Part shown: positions 21,521 to 29,704 of the stretch, one piece after another
Position numbering within the stretch: position 1 is the stretch's first letter
Layout: each line of letters starts with the position of its first letter
Assembly: GCF_008189285.1 (NCBI RefSeq)
Contig: NZ_CP043315.1
Location: 450,001-482,000, forward strand
Direction of reading: 5' to 3'
DNA from: Candidatus Saccharimonadota bacterium
Lineage (GTDB): Bacteria; Pseudomonadota; Alphaproteobacteria; CAJXXZ01; 1604HC
Length of the DNA stretch: 32,000 nt
The notes under the pieces: model-generated
Database searches by the model: none
What the model saw: only the letters and a program-made list of their open reading frames with translations
What the model was told of the DNA's origin: nothing
Made by a program: the position numbers and the translations under genes

Positions 21521-22227
21521 TACTTATTTCTGTTTTTGCTATTTTTGCTATATATTATTTGTCGATCTCTATAGTTTTTCGCTTCACTATAAATACAATA
21601 ATTTAACTAATCTTCTAATAATCTTATAATAAAGAAATTCATAAATTTTTTAAAAGATTCATTGCTTCTAAGATTTTTGCGATTTAATTACCAAGCGCTT
21701 CCATTGGAATTTTTTATGATTTAATTGCTAAGCATTTCTATTAGAATTTTTTTAGCTTTTTCTTCTCCTATTCTTTTGTTATTTAATAGTTGAGCGCTTC
21801 TGTTAGAATTGAAAATAATAAGATATTTCCACGAAAAATTCAATTGGAATTATTAAAGAAACTTCTTATCAAATTTTGCTTTAAATTATTAATCACATCG
21901 TGCCATTTCTGCTAAAATAAAATTTACGCTATTTTTCCTAAAATAAAATATTTGCATGAAAATTATATGAAAAATATTAATTATAACAATGCCAATAATG
22001 CTTACCTACTTTTCTTTAATTAATACTATGTTTTCATTTTTTTAGCACTTTTCTTTTGAGTTCTATATTTTGCTTTTAAATTATATCATTTTTAGTTTTT
22101 TTTATATTTTTTGATATATTTCTTTCAATATGCCTTTTTAATATATTGTCATATTTTTTAGCGCTTTATTTTAGTAATTTTCACCATGTTTTTTAAATAA
22201 TACTTTGCTTGATTTGGATTTCTTTGA

Positions 22228-23484
22228 TTATTTTAGTGTTTTATAAACTGCATGACATTTTTGTACTTTTCTCATTTCCGCATCTTTCATTTTTTTGTAA
22301 AATGATTTTATCGAATGAGGATGAACAAACTTTCCATTTACTTTAATTTCATAATGAAGGTGAGGAGCTGTAGCCATCCCTGTTTTGCCAACATATCCAA
22401 TTATCTCGCCTTGTTTTACTTTTTGATTTCTTTTTACAATCAGTTTAGTCATATGACCATATCCAGTTGCAATTTTTTTATTATATGCATTATGAACAAC
22501 TTCCACGTAATTTCCATATCCAGCACAGGCTTGAGATTTTGATATAACTCCATCAGCTGGAGAATAAATTGGAGACCCCATTGGCATTCCATAATCTATT
22601 CCAGTGTGCATTTTTCTAACCTTCAAAATTGGGTGAATTCTCCATCCATAATTAGATGTAACCTTTCCTCCATTTATTGGCCTTTTCATTACAGTTATAT
22701 CATTGTAAGAATAATTCTCATTTAGATTGTATATTTTGTTTTCCATAGAAAGAATTGATTCAATTTTTCCATTTTTTCTATGCAACTCTATAAAAGCAAT
22801 TTTTGGTGCCTTGCCTGATTGCGCATGACAAGAATATCCAACATATATATTAGAAATACCAATGGTTGATTTATTAGCTTTTTGCAAAGTATTTAAAATT
22901 TCTTTTACCATAGGATTCGGCAAATTTTTTGATAGAGAAACTGATAGATTGCCATTAATTTTGCTTTGATATATTTCCCTGGAATCTTTTTGCATCCATT
23001 CTGTCATAATATCTCCATGATTTGATTTTAGATAAATTTTAAATCCTCGACCAGAAATATAACATTCGTCAAACTCATATGACCCATTTCTCTCAAAAAC
23101 TTTTGTTGAAATATTAGCATTATAAAGCCATGAAGATGGGATCACTTCATTAATTTTTTTAGTAATTTTAGAGACTTGATCAAGGGATAATCCTTCTTTA
23201 GACAAAGAAATCGACAGACCTTCATTTTCTATTTTATGTTTAATTAACACACTTCTTGAGGGAGCAATTACTTCATGAATAATCGATGTTTTCTGCGGAA
23301 CATGAAGAAATTTTAAAAATAATACACACCCACCTAAGAACATACAAATTCTGAATAAAGATATCAGCTCAAGAAAAACATAAGTAAAATTAAGTGCAAA
23401 AGGAATAAATCTAACAAAGCCAGCAACATATCTGCTCCAAAAACTAATTTCATCTACGAAAAATTTTACTACAATAGATACCAC
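22228..23484 (-). CDS. M23 family (LytM-type) peptidoglycan metalloendopeptidase with N-terminal membrane anchor
   Basis: C-terminal domain MHTGIDYGMPMGSPIYSPADG...GYGHM...GYVGKTGMATAPHLHYEIKVNG carries the HxxxD and HxH motifs. The N-terminus has hydrophobic segments. Start uncertain: GTG at 23484, with an internal ATG at codon 48. Confidence 0.85.
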   Translation of the reverse strand: MVSIVVKFFVDEISFWSRYVAGFVRFIPFALNFTYVFLELISLFRICMFLGGCVLFLKFLHVPQKTSIIHEVIAPSRSVLIKHKIENEGLSISLSKEGLSLDQVSKITKKINEVIPSSWLYNANISTKVFERNGSYEFDECYISGRGFKIYLKSNHGDIMTEWMQKDSREIYQSKINGNLSVSLSKNLPNPMVKEILNTLQKANKSTIGISNIYVGYSCHAQSGKAPKIAFIELHRKNGKIESILSMENKIYNLNENYSYNDITVMKRPINGGKVTSNYGWRIHPILKVRKMHTGIDYGMPMGSPIYSPADGVISKSQACAGYGNYVEVVHNAYNKKIATGYGHMTKLIVKRNQKVKQGEIIGYVGKTGMATAPHLHYEIKVNGKFVHPHSIKSFYKKMKDAEMRKVQKCHAVYKTLK

Positions 23485-23634
23485 GAAAGTATATTACCAT
23501 TTTTTAACTATTAATCTCTAGTGATTATATTGCCGAATGCAATTCATTTGAGCTAACTATTTTATTAAAATAATATATTTTATTCAAAATGCGAAAATAA
23601 TTTTCATAAATTTCTATAAACCTATAAAATTGCA

Positions 23635-23815
23635 TAAAAAATACATAAAAAGCTATACTACTAATCATTTTTGATGTAGAAGTAAAATTATGTATAAGTT
23701 TTTTAGGATTCCATTTATATATTTAGCTACCTTTCTGAATATATACGCTGGGATAATTGAATATGATTTCTCAATCGAGGACGTCGGGCAGGGTAATTGC
23801 CAGATTATGAAGTAT
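23635..23815. repeat. Right arm of the inverted repeat shared with 21340-21520
   Basis: See the left arm. It includes a -10-like TATACT at 23654-23659, where the paralog 2 copy has TATTAT at the equivalent position. Confidence 0.85.
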
Positions 23816-25522
23816 GTTGTGGAATTAAGCACAGTGTCAGAATTTGGGGATAGTCATGGGAAAAAGCAATTTAAAAAAGAAGATGGAAAAGTTGTAGAAT
23901 CAAGTGAGCAGAAGCAATTTGAAAGGAAAATTGAGAGAAAAACAGTTGCATTCCTATATGATTGTGGAAAAGTAGAATTTTCTAAGAATTTGGGAACGAA
24001 GTTGGATGAAGAAACATATAAACTTGCAGAAGAATTGAATAGCAAATTTAAAGAATTGAATAAACAAAAATTCGAATTAAAATCTAATGAAGATAAGATG
24101 ACCAAAGCAGATAATAAGGGGAATTCATCAAAGAACGATGGAACTCCAACTAAAGATTATGCTAGATGGAGTAAAAATATAAAGCAAAATGAAGAAAAAA
24201 TTAAAGAAATAAATAAAGAAATTAAAAAGCTTTCAAAAAATCTTTTTGCATGCAAAAAAATTCATCAGTATTTTCCCATTTTGAAAGAAGTAAATAGAGA
24301 GAAATTTGATAAGTTATCTGACAAAGACAAAAAAGAATTGCTTGGAAAAGTATGCAAATACATCAATGACCAAAATTTAGTGAAAGAAGAGCAAGAATCT
24401 GACAAGACAAATCAACCTTATTCAATTAATACTATGGCGCATAATTTGAGAGCAAAGTTGCAAAACTTGGACTATTTATTTGTAATTTTATCTCATCCAG
24501 ATAAGGATCATATAAACTTTATAAGCAAATTATTTGGATGTGAATGCGCTGCAAACGCAAACGCAGATGATATTGACAAGCACAGCGATTCAAAATATCT
24601 GAAAGATTGCAAGATTATGTCTATTCTTTGCGGATATTGGCGTAAAGGTGATGAAAATTCAGATGAAGGCAAAGAAGATAATTCTAATGTTATGAAGCAG
24701 GCATTAGGATGTCTTAAAAAAAGATCTCATATTTTGATTGAGCCATTTATTACAAAGCAAAAAAACTCTCATTTACCGAAATTTTTCTCTGGAGATATTG
24801 AATCTATGTTTAATAAATTTGTTGCAAAAAAAAGTTTGATTTCAGGATTTGATGCGATAATTAAAGAATTAAAAGATCATATTTACATTTGGTCCATGAA
24901 TACTCCAGGAAATCCAAATGCGCAAAGTCCAATAATATCATTTACAGGAAAAGTGGATGGAGAATCTGATGAGCAAGCTTATTCAGTAATTTGCGCTGGA
25001 GATGCAGAAGATTCAACTTATTCAAATATGGTAACAGAATTAGCAATAAGAGAGCAGAAAAATATAAGATCTGTTCTTGATCTAATAGAAAGCAAATTTG
25101 GAGATAGCAGAATTGCATTAGTTGCCCCTCATCACGGATCTGAAGAGCAGTGGCAGATTACTTTTAATCTAGCAAAATTGTTTCAAGCAAACATTCTTTA
25201 CATATCAAATGGACACGGAGGAATGTATCCCCATATAAATCCAAATTTCTTCAAGAATTTAACTGCTGCGTTTAAAGTATGGCCTGAATCCAGCGAAAAA
25301 TTCTTCTTAGGAGATTGTCAAATTTCTTTTGAAAGCCAATATAATGCTAGAACCATAAATGCAATTAACGAAGGAAAAGAAGTTGATGGGGAAAATGAAG
25401 GAAAGAAAATAACTGTTTATAAGCAAAAAGGTAAAAAGGGAGATAAAAAAGATTGCCCACCATGGCTTTTCTCTACAAATGATCATGGATCTCTTAGAAT
25501 TGTACGCCATTCGCGTTCATAA
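23690..25522 (+). CDS. Secreted MBL-fold hydrolase, ComEC/Rec2 C-terminal-domain-like (paralog 3); has a Lys/Glu-rich insertion but no C-terminal tail
   Basis: 610 aa. The first 42 residues are identical to paralog 2 except one I/V. Motifs: EDVGQGNC, YDCGK, LSHPDKDHINF, CAGDAEDS, VAPHHGSEE, SNGHGG, WLFSTNDHGSLRI. It then stops 6 codons later. Confidence 0.55.
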   Translation: MYKFFRIPFIYLATFLNIYAGIIEYDFSIEDVGQGNCQIMKYVVELSTVSEFGDSHGKKQFKKEDGKVVESSEQKQFERKIERKTVAFLYDCGKVEFSKNLGTKLDEETYKLAEELNSKFKELNKQKFELKSNEDKMTKADNKGNSSKNDGTPTKDYARWSKNIKQNEEKIKEINKEIKKLSKNLFACKKIHQYFPILKEVNREKFDKLSDKDKKELLGKVCKYINDQNLVKEEQESDKTNQPYSINTMAHNLRAKLQNLDYLFVILSHPDKDHINFISKLFGCECAANANADDIDKHSDSKYLKDCKIMSILCGYWRKGDENSDEGKEDNSNVMKQALGCLKKRSHILIEPFITKQKNSHLPKFFSGDIESMFNKFVAKKSLISGFDAIIKELKDHIYIWSMNTPGNPNAQSPIISFTGKVDGESDEQAYSVICAGDAEDSTYSNMVTELAIREQKNIRSVLDLIESKFGDSRIALVAPHHGSEEQWQITFNLAKLFQANILYISNGHGGMYPHINPNFFKNLTAAFKVWPESSEKFFLGDCQISFESQYNARTINAINEGKEVDGENEGKKITVYKQKGKKGDKKDCPPWLFSTNDHGSLRIVRHSRS

Positions 25523-26013
25523 TAAGGTTTGTGATAAGCTGTTATTTAGAATTGCAATGCATCTTTCTAAATTAAAAATATATTTCTATATTTCTTATTA
25601 GAATTTCATAACCTTTGTTCGTTTTTATTTTCTTGTTAATATATAAAATTTTTCATTTTTTAATAGGAGTTTTAAATTACGCAATTTTTTTGTAGCAAAT
25701 TTAACTTTTTCTAATAGGACCTTCAACTTAAATTTATTTTAATGGAAAATTATCATTATAAAGCTGAAGCAAATTAATTCAATCATTAATTCAATTATTT
25801 GTATTTATTCTAGATCAATATTTCACAATTAGAGAAAGAAGTCGCTCAATTGGTATAAACACTACACAGCTGAAATGAGAAATTCATACTTCAATAAATA
25901 AAAAGGCAATTTAAATTTCAATATAGATTATTCAAATTTTATAATGATTCATTTTATTGCTATTGTGCAATTTTATAATTATGCATATATATTATTAATT
26001 CCGATGCAATGTA

Positions 26014-26502
26014 TTATTTAATTCCAATGTAAATATTAAAACCTTCTTTTTCTATAGCTTCAGGTGTTTTGTCATAAATTTCGAAATCTGCAACAAAACT
26101 TCTCTCTCCACCAAGCGAATTAGAATCCATGCTCCAAATTTCCTTCCAAGCATTTATACATATCTCTGGCATTTTTCCTGGAGCAACTTCAAATTTGACA
26201 TATTTTTGTTGAGGAATTGTATGTGTTTTTAGAGTAGAATCAACATTATCAAAAGAAATTACTTCTTCTCCAACAAAGTAAGTGTATTCTCCATTATGAT
26301 CACCTTCATAATCAGCATACACACAATACATTGCTCCTGGATTTTTTCTATTGGAAATCTTTTCGTTAATATTATTACTAAAATACTTATTTATAGTTGG
26401 CATTATTTTTCCTGTATCTGGATTCATTTCTGCTGCATTGTTTGTCTTTACAGAAATTCCAACAAGCTTTATTTCATTTAATTGGTTTTTTGATTTTTTC
26501 AT
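26014..26502 (-). CDS. GyrI-like / AraC-effector-binding-domain (Cass2-like) small-molecule-binding protein
   Basis: 162 aa. The layout IKLVGISVKT...YCVYADYE...YTYFVGEEV...KYVKFEV...W.EIW...ADFEIYD is typical of stand-alone GyrI-like domains. GGGAGA RBS. It lies downstream of fabI on the same strand. Confidence 0.55.
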   Translation of the reverse strand: MKKSKNQLNEIKLVGISVKTNNAAEMNPDTGKIMPTINKYFSNNINEKISNRKNPGAMYCVYADYEGDHNGEYTYFVGEEVISFDNVDSTLKTHTIPQQKYVKFEVAPGKMPEICINAWKEIWSMDSNSLGGERSFVADFEIYDKTPEAIEKEGFNIYIGIK

Positions 26503-26575
26503 ATTTCTCCCTATTACGAGAAAATATACCCTCTTTTGCCTAATTTTTCAAATGATTTAATTGCAATGATTTAAA

Positions 26576-27385
26576 TTATTGTTTAGGAGCTTTATTTTCT
26601 GGACTTCTAACTCCAATTGTATGGTAACCACTATCAACATAAATAATTTCACCAGTTACACCTTTGGATAATTCACTAACCAAGTATGTTGCAGTTCCAC
26701 CAACTTCTTCTATAGTTGTATTTGACTTAATCGGTGAATGAGTTCTATGCCATGAAAGCAATTCAGGAAAGTCTCTTATTGCAGAAGAAGCTAATGTTCT
26801 AATTGGCCCAGCAGAAATACAATTAACTCTTATATTATCAACACCAAAATCATTTGCTAAATACATAACACTAGCTTCCAATGCTGCTTTTGCTACTCCC
26901 ATAACATTATAATGAGGGATGAATTTTTGCGCACCATAATAAGATAATGTAATCATTGATCCGCCATTTTTCATCAAAGGAGCGCATTCTTTAGCTGCTT
27001 CTGTAAATGAATAGCAAGAAATATCCAAAGCTTGCGCAAATGCATCTTTTGTAATATCGGAATATTTGTCTTTCATGTATGTTTTGTCAGCAAATGCAAT
27101 AGAATGTATCAAAAAATCTATATTATCCCATTTTTGACCAACTTTATTGAAAAATGAAGCAATTTCTCCTTCTTTTTCAGCATCGCAGGAGTGCGCAAAA
27201 GAAGCTCCAGTGCTTTCAGCAATCTTCATTGCTCTGCTCTCTAAAGCTGGATGATAACTTATACCAATCTCAGCTCCATGATTAATAAAAGCCTCCGCAA
27301 TCCCGGAAGCTATTGATCTATCATTAGCAATTCCCATGATAACGCCACGTTTTCCTTTTAGTAAATTACTTTTACATTCATCCAT
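26576..27385 (-). CDS. fabI: Enoyl-[acyl-carrier-protein] reductase (NADH), FabI
   Basis: 269 aa. LKGKRGVIMGIANDRSIASGIA N-terminus, SIAFA, YNVMGVAKAALEASVMYLA (Y-x6-K), and NCISAGPIRTLA. Confidence 0.92.
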   Translation of the reverse strand: MDECKSNLLKGKRGVIMGIANDRSIASGIAEAFINHGAEIGISYHPALESRAMKIAESTGASFAHSCDAEKEGEIASFFNKVGQKWDNIDFLIHSIAFADKTYMKDKYSDITKDAFAQALDISCYSFTEAAKECAPLMKNGGSMITLSYYGAQKFIPHYNVMGVAKAALEASVMYLANDFGVDNIRVNCISAGPIRTLASSAIRDFPELLSWHRTHSPIKSNTTIEEVGGTATYLVSELSKGVTGEIIYVDSGYHTIGVRSPENKAPKQ

Positions 27386-27544
27386 TATATTAAACCTCTA
27401 TGGAATTCTATCATCATGAAATATCTAATTCAAGAAAAGCTATAATTATTTATATAAATTCTATATTTATATGAATCATCAACGAAAGCAAAGCATGTCA
27501 AATTTATAACAATATTTATTAATTTTAAGCATTTTTACAATAAT

Positions 27545-28990
27545 TTAAGCAATCCAAACAATTTCATAATCAGACAATTTTTGCTTATTTTGCACAAAAT
27601 TCAATGCATCCAATAATGTTCCTTCTTTGTCAATTAAACGCAATTTTGCAGCATCTTTTCCTGCATAAACCTGACCTAGGCTAATTTGTCTAGAATATTC
27701 AAAAGTAAAACTCCTTCTATCCGCAACTAACTGTCTAAATCTATTCATAGAATCTCTTATGTCTTTAATTAAGTCTTTCTTCAATCTATCATCCAAAGGA
27801 GAATTTCTATTATTTATATCAGGGATATTATGTGAATTAATTGACTCTATATTTACTCCAGGCTCTTTAATATGAGCATGTTTCATATAAACACCTATTG
27901 ATCCAACTACAGAAACAGAAGGGGCAAAAATCTTATCAGCGCTCAATGCAATTAAATATGCTCCAGATGCACATGTATCTGATATTGAAGAGACTAATAA
28001 TTTCTTCGCACTTAACGATTTTAGAATATTATATAACTCATAAGACAAACCTACAGCTCCTCCTCCACTATCTATTCGCAAAATCACAGCCTTTATATCT
28101 TTATTATTTGCAATTTTTTCAATTTTATTCATAAATTCTACACTGCCTAAATAAGATTCATTGCTTATCGTGCCAAAAATATTAATTATTGCAATTTTAT
28201 TTCTAGATGATTTATTAGAATGCATTGATACATACTTATTAATGCTAATTTGTTTTTTGTATTTATTTCTCCATTCAGAAAAACTATTCCCTTTTTTAAA
28301 TGACATTAAATCACATATATAATCATTTTTCCTCAATCCCATAATAGTATCAATATCATCAACTTTCTTAATCAATTTAATTTTATCTATAACGATATCT
28401 GATAAAACTTTTATAAGCTGCTCCAATCCTTCTCTATATTCATCACTCATTTCAGTTCGTGATTCTGGATCAGGATTTTTAAATTCTCCTGTCGCGATAG
28501 TAGTTATATCGATTCCCTTTCTTCTTAAGGCATCACGAGCAAATGGCATATAAACATGTATTCCAGATATATAACTAGATGCACTTTCGCATAAAGTGGA
28601 ATTTACATGAGACGCCAAATACGCTGTTTTAGAATCTAATCCATCAATATATAAATCCACAAATTTATTATTCTTCTTGAATAAATCAAACACATCTATT
28701 AATTCTTCAATAGAAGTTAGAGAATCTCCATTTATGCAAATTCCATTACGATAATTAATGGCAACCCCTCTAATTTTAGAATCATTAGCTGCATTCTTCA
28801 AAGCTAAAATCAACTGATCAAATTGGTAATAATGAACATAAGAATCATTAAACCCATACGTCAAAACTAAATTATTACTCAATTTGCATTTCAATAATTC
28901 ATATGTTGATTTAAAAGAAAGCAACCCCAATAAAACAAACAAAAAATTTCTAATAAATCTCATTAGTTGCATTATATATTGAGTGATCAA
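27545..28990 (-). CDS. sppA: Signal peptide peptidase SppA (peptidase family S49)
   Basis: C-terminal S49 domain: AVILRIDSGGGAVGLSYELY...SDTCASGAYLIALSADKIFAPSVSVVGSIGV. N-terminal membrane anchor. The start is either TTG at 28990 or, more likely, ATG at 28972. Confidence 0.85.
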   Translation of the reverse strand: MITQYIMQLMRFIRNFLFVLLGLLSFKSTYELLKCKLSNNLVLTYGFNDSYVHYYQFDQLILALKNAANDSKIRGVAINYRNGICINGDSLTSIEELIDVFDLFKKNNKFVDLYIDGLDSKTAYLASHVNSTLCESASSYISGIHVYMPFARDALRRKGIDITTIATGEFKNPDPESRTEMSDEYREGLEQLIKVLSDIVIDKIKLIKKVDDIDTIMGLRKNDYICDLMSFKKGNSFSEWRNKYKKQISINKYVSMHSNKSSRNKIAIINIFGTISNESYLGSVEFMNKIEKIANNKDIKAVILRIDSGGGAVGLSYELYNILKSLSAKKLLVSSISDTCASGAYLIALSADKIFAPSVSVVGSIGVYMKHAHIKEPGVNIESINSHNIPDINNRNSPLDDRLKKDLIKDIRDSMNRFRQLVADRRSFTFEYSRQISLGQVYAGKDAAKLRLIDKEGTLLDALNFVQNKQKLSDYEIVWIA

Positions 28991-29078
28991 TTTTATCTAG
29001 CAATCAAATTTCTTGCAAGTCAAACACATAAAAAGAGTCGAATACATTAGTATTTTCATGTAATTTATCACGCAAATC

Positions 29079-29150
29079 GCTTGGTATAAAAATTTATCAT
29101 GGAAAATGCTTGGTATAAAAATTTATCATGGAAAATGCTTGACATAAAAT
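29079..29150. repeat. Tandem repeat, 29-bp unit x ~2.5 (gcttggtataaaaatttatcatggaaaat)
   Basis: Perfect copies at 29079-29107 and 29108-29136, then a degenerate partial copy gcttgacataaaat at 29137-29150. It lies in the divergent sppA/hypothetical intergenic region. Confidence 0.9.
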
Positions 29151-29166
29151 ATTTCATTCATAGAAT
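29139..29166 (+). promoter_or_regulatory. Sigma-70-type promoter candidate: -35 TTGACA, 16-nt spacer, -10 TAGAAT
   Basis: gcTTGACAtaaaatatttcattcaTAGAATgattacaaAGAGAGGtttATG, followed by a good RBS and the ATG at 29185. The -35 lies in the last, diverged repeat copy; the earlier copies read TTGGTA. Confidence 0.45.
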
Positions 29167-29184
29167 GATTACAAAGAGAGGTTT

Positions 29185-29652
29185 ATGTTAAATTTAGTTA
29201 GTAATATTATTCTACATTTAGCTTTTGCAAGTTCAGTAAAAGCTATTGATCCTGGATACCTTAGAGCGAACACTCAAGATCCATGGCAATTGATTTGTGG
29301 GAATGATCACATCTTCAGTGGAACAAGTCATAAAGTATTTGATCATATTATAGGGCCTGTTAGCTTTCATGGGAATTCAGACGCGACGCTTATTATGTCT
29401 TTTAATTCTATTGAAGAAATAAGCGAATTCGAGAAAAATATTGAAAAATTAATCACAAGATTTAAAATAACGCTAAAAAATTATGAAATTTCTAACATTC
29501 ATGTAAATATAGATGAAAATTTATTAATCCATCTAAACAAAAGTTGTAAAATAATTGAGTTGAAAAATGCTTTTCAAAATGCAAAATGGATAATTAATAG
29601 CAATTTAAACAAAAACAACTTAAAGGCAATGCAGCACAAATCCTCTCTATAA
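29185..29652 (+). CDS. Hypothetical protein with signal-peptide-like N-terminus
   Basis: 155-aa ORF with a strong RBS (AGAGAGG) and a promoter-like upstream sequence. N-terminus MLNLVSNIILHLAFASSVKA. No family recognised. Confidence 0.5.
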   Translation: MLNLVSNIILHLAFASSVKAIDPGYLRANTQDPWQLICGNDHIFSGTSHKVFDHIIGPVSFHGNSDATLIMSFNSIEEISEFEKNIEKLITRFKITLKNYEISNIHVNIDENLLIHLNKSCKIIELKNAFQNAKWIINSNLNKNNLKAMQHKSSL

Positions 29653-29704
29653 GAAATTTGCATACAAAGACTTGTTTGCATATAGAGGCTTGTTTTTGAA
29701 AAAT

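Noticed and set aside
19198-25522. Composite transposon or IS element defined by the inverted paralogs
   Set aside because: There is no transposase, integrase or recombinase ORF. The inverted repeats are the 5' ends of protein-coding paralogs rather than terminal IS repeats, and I found no target-site duplication.
25838-25880. tRNA-like fragment (gaagtcgctcaattggtataaacactacacagctg) in the spacer downstream of paralog 3
   Set aside because: It resembles an acceptor/D-arm start, but the D stem, anticodon arm and T arm cannot be paired. It is at most a decayed remnant and not reportable as a gene.
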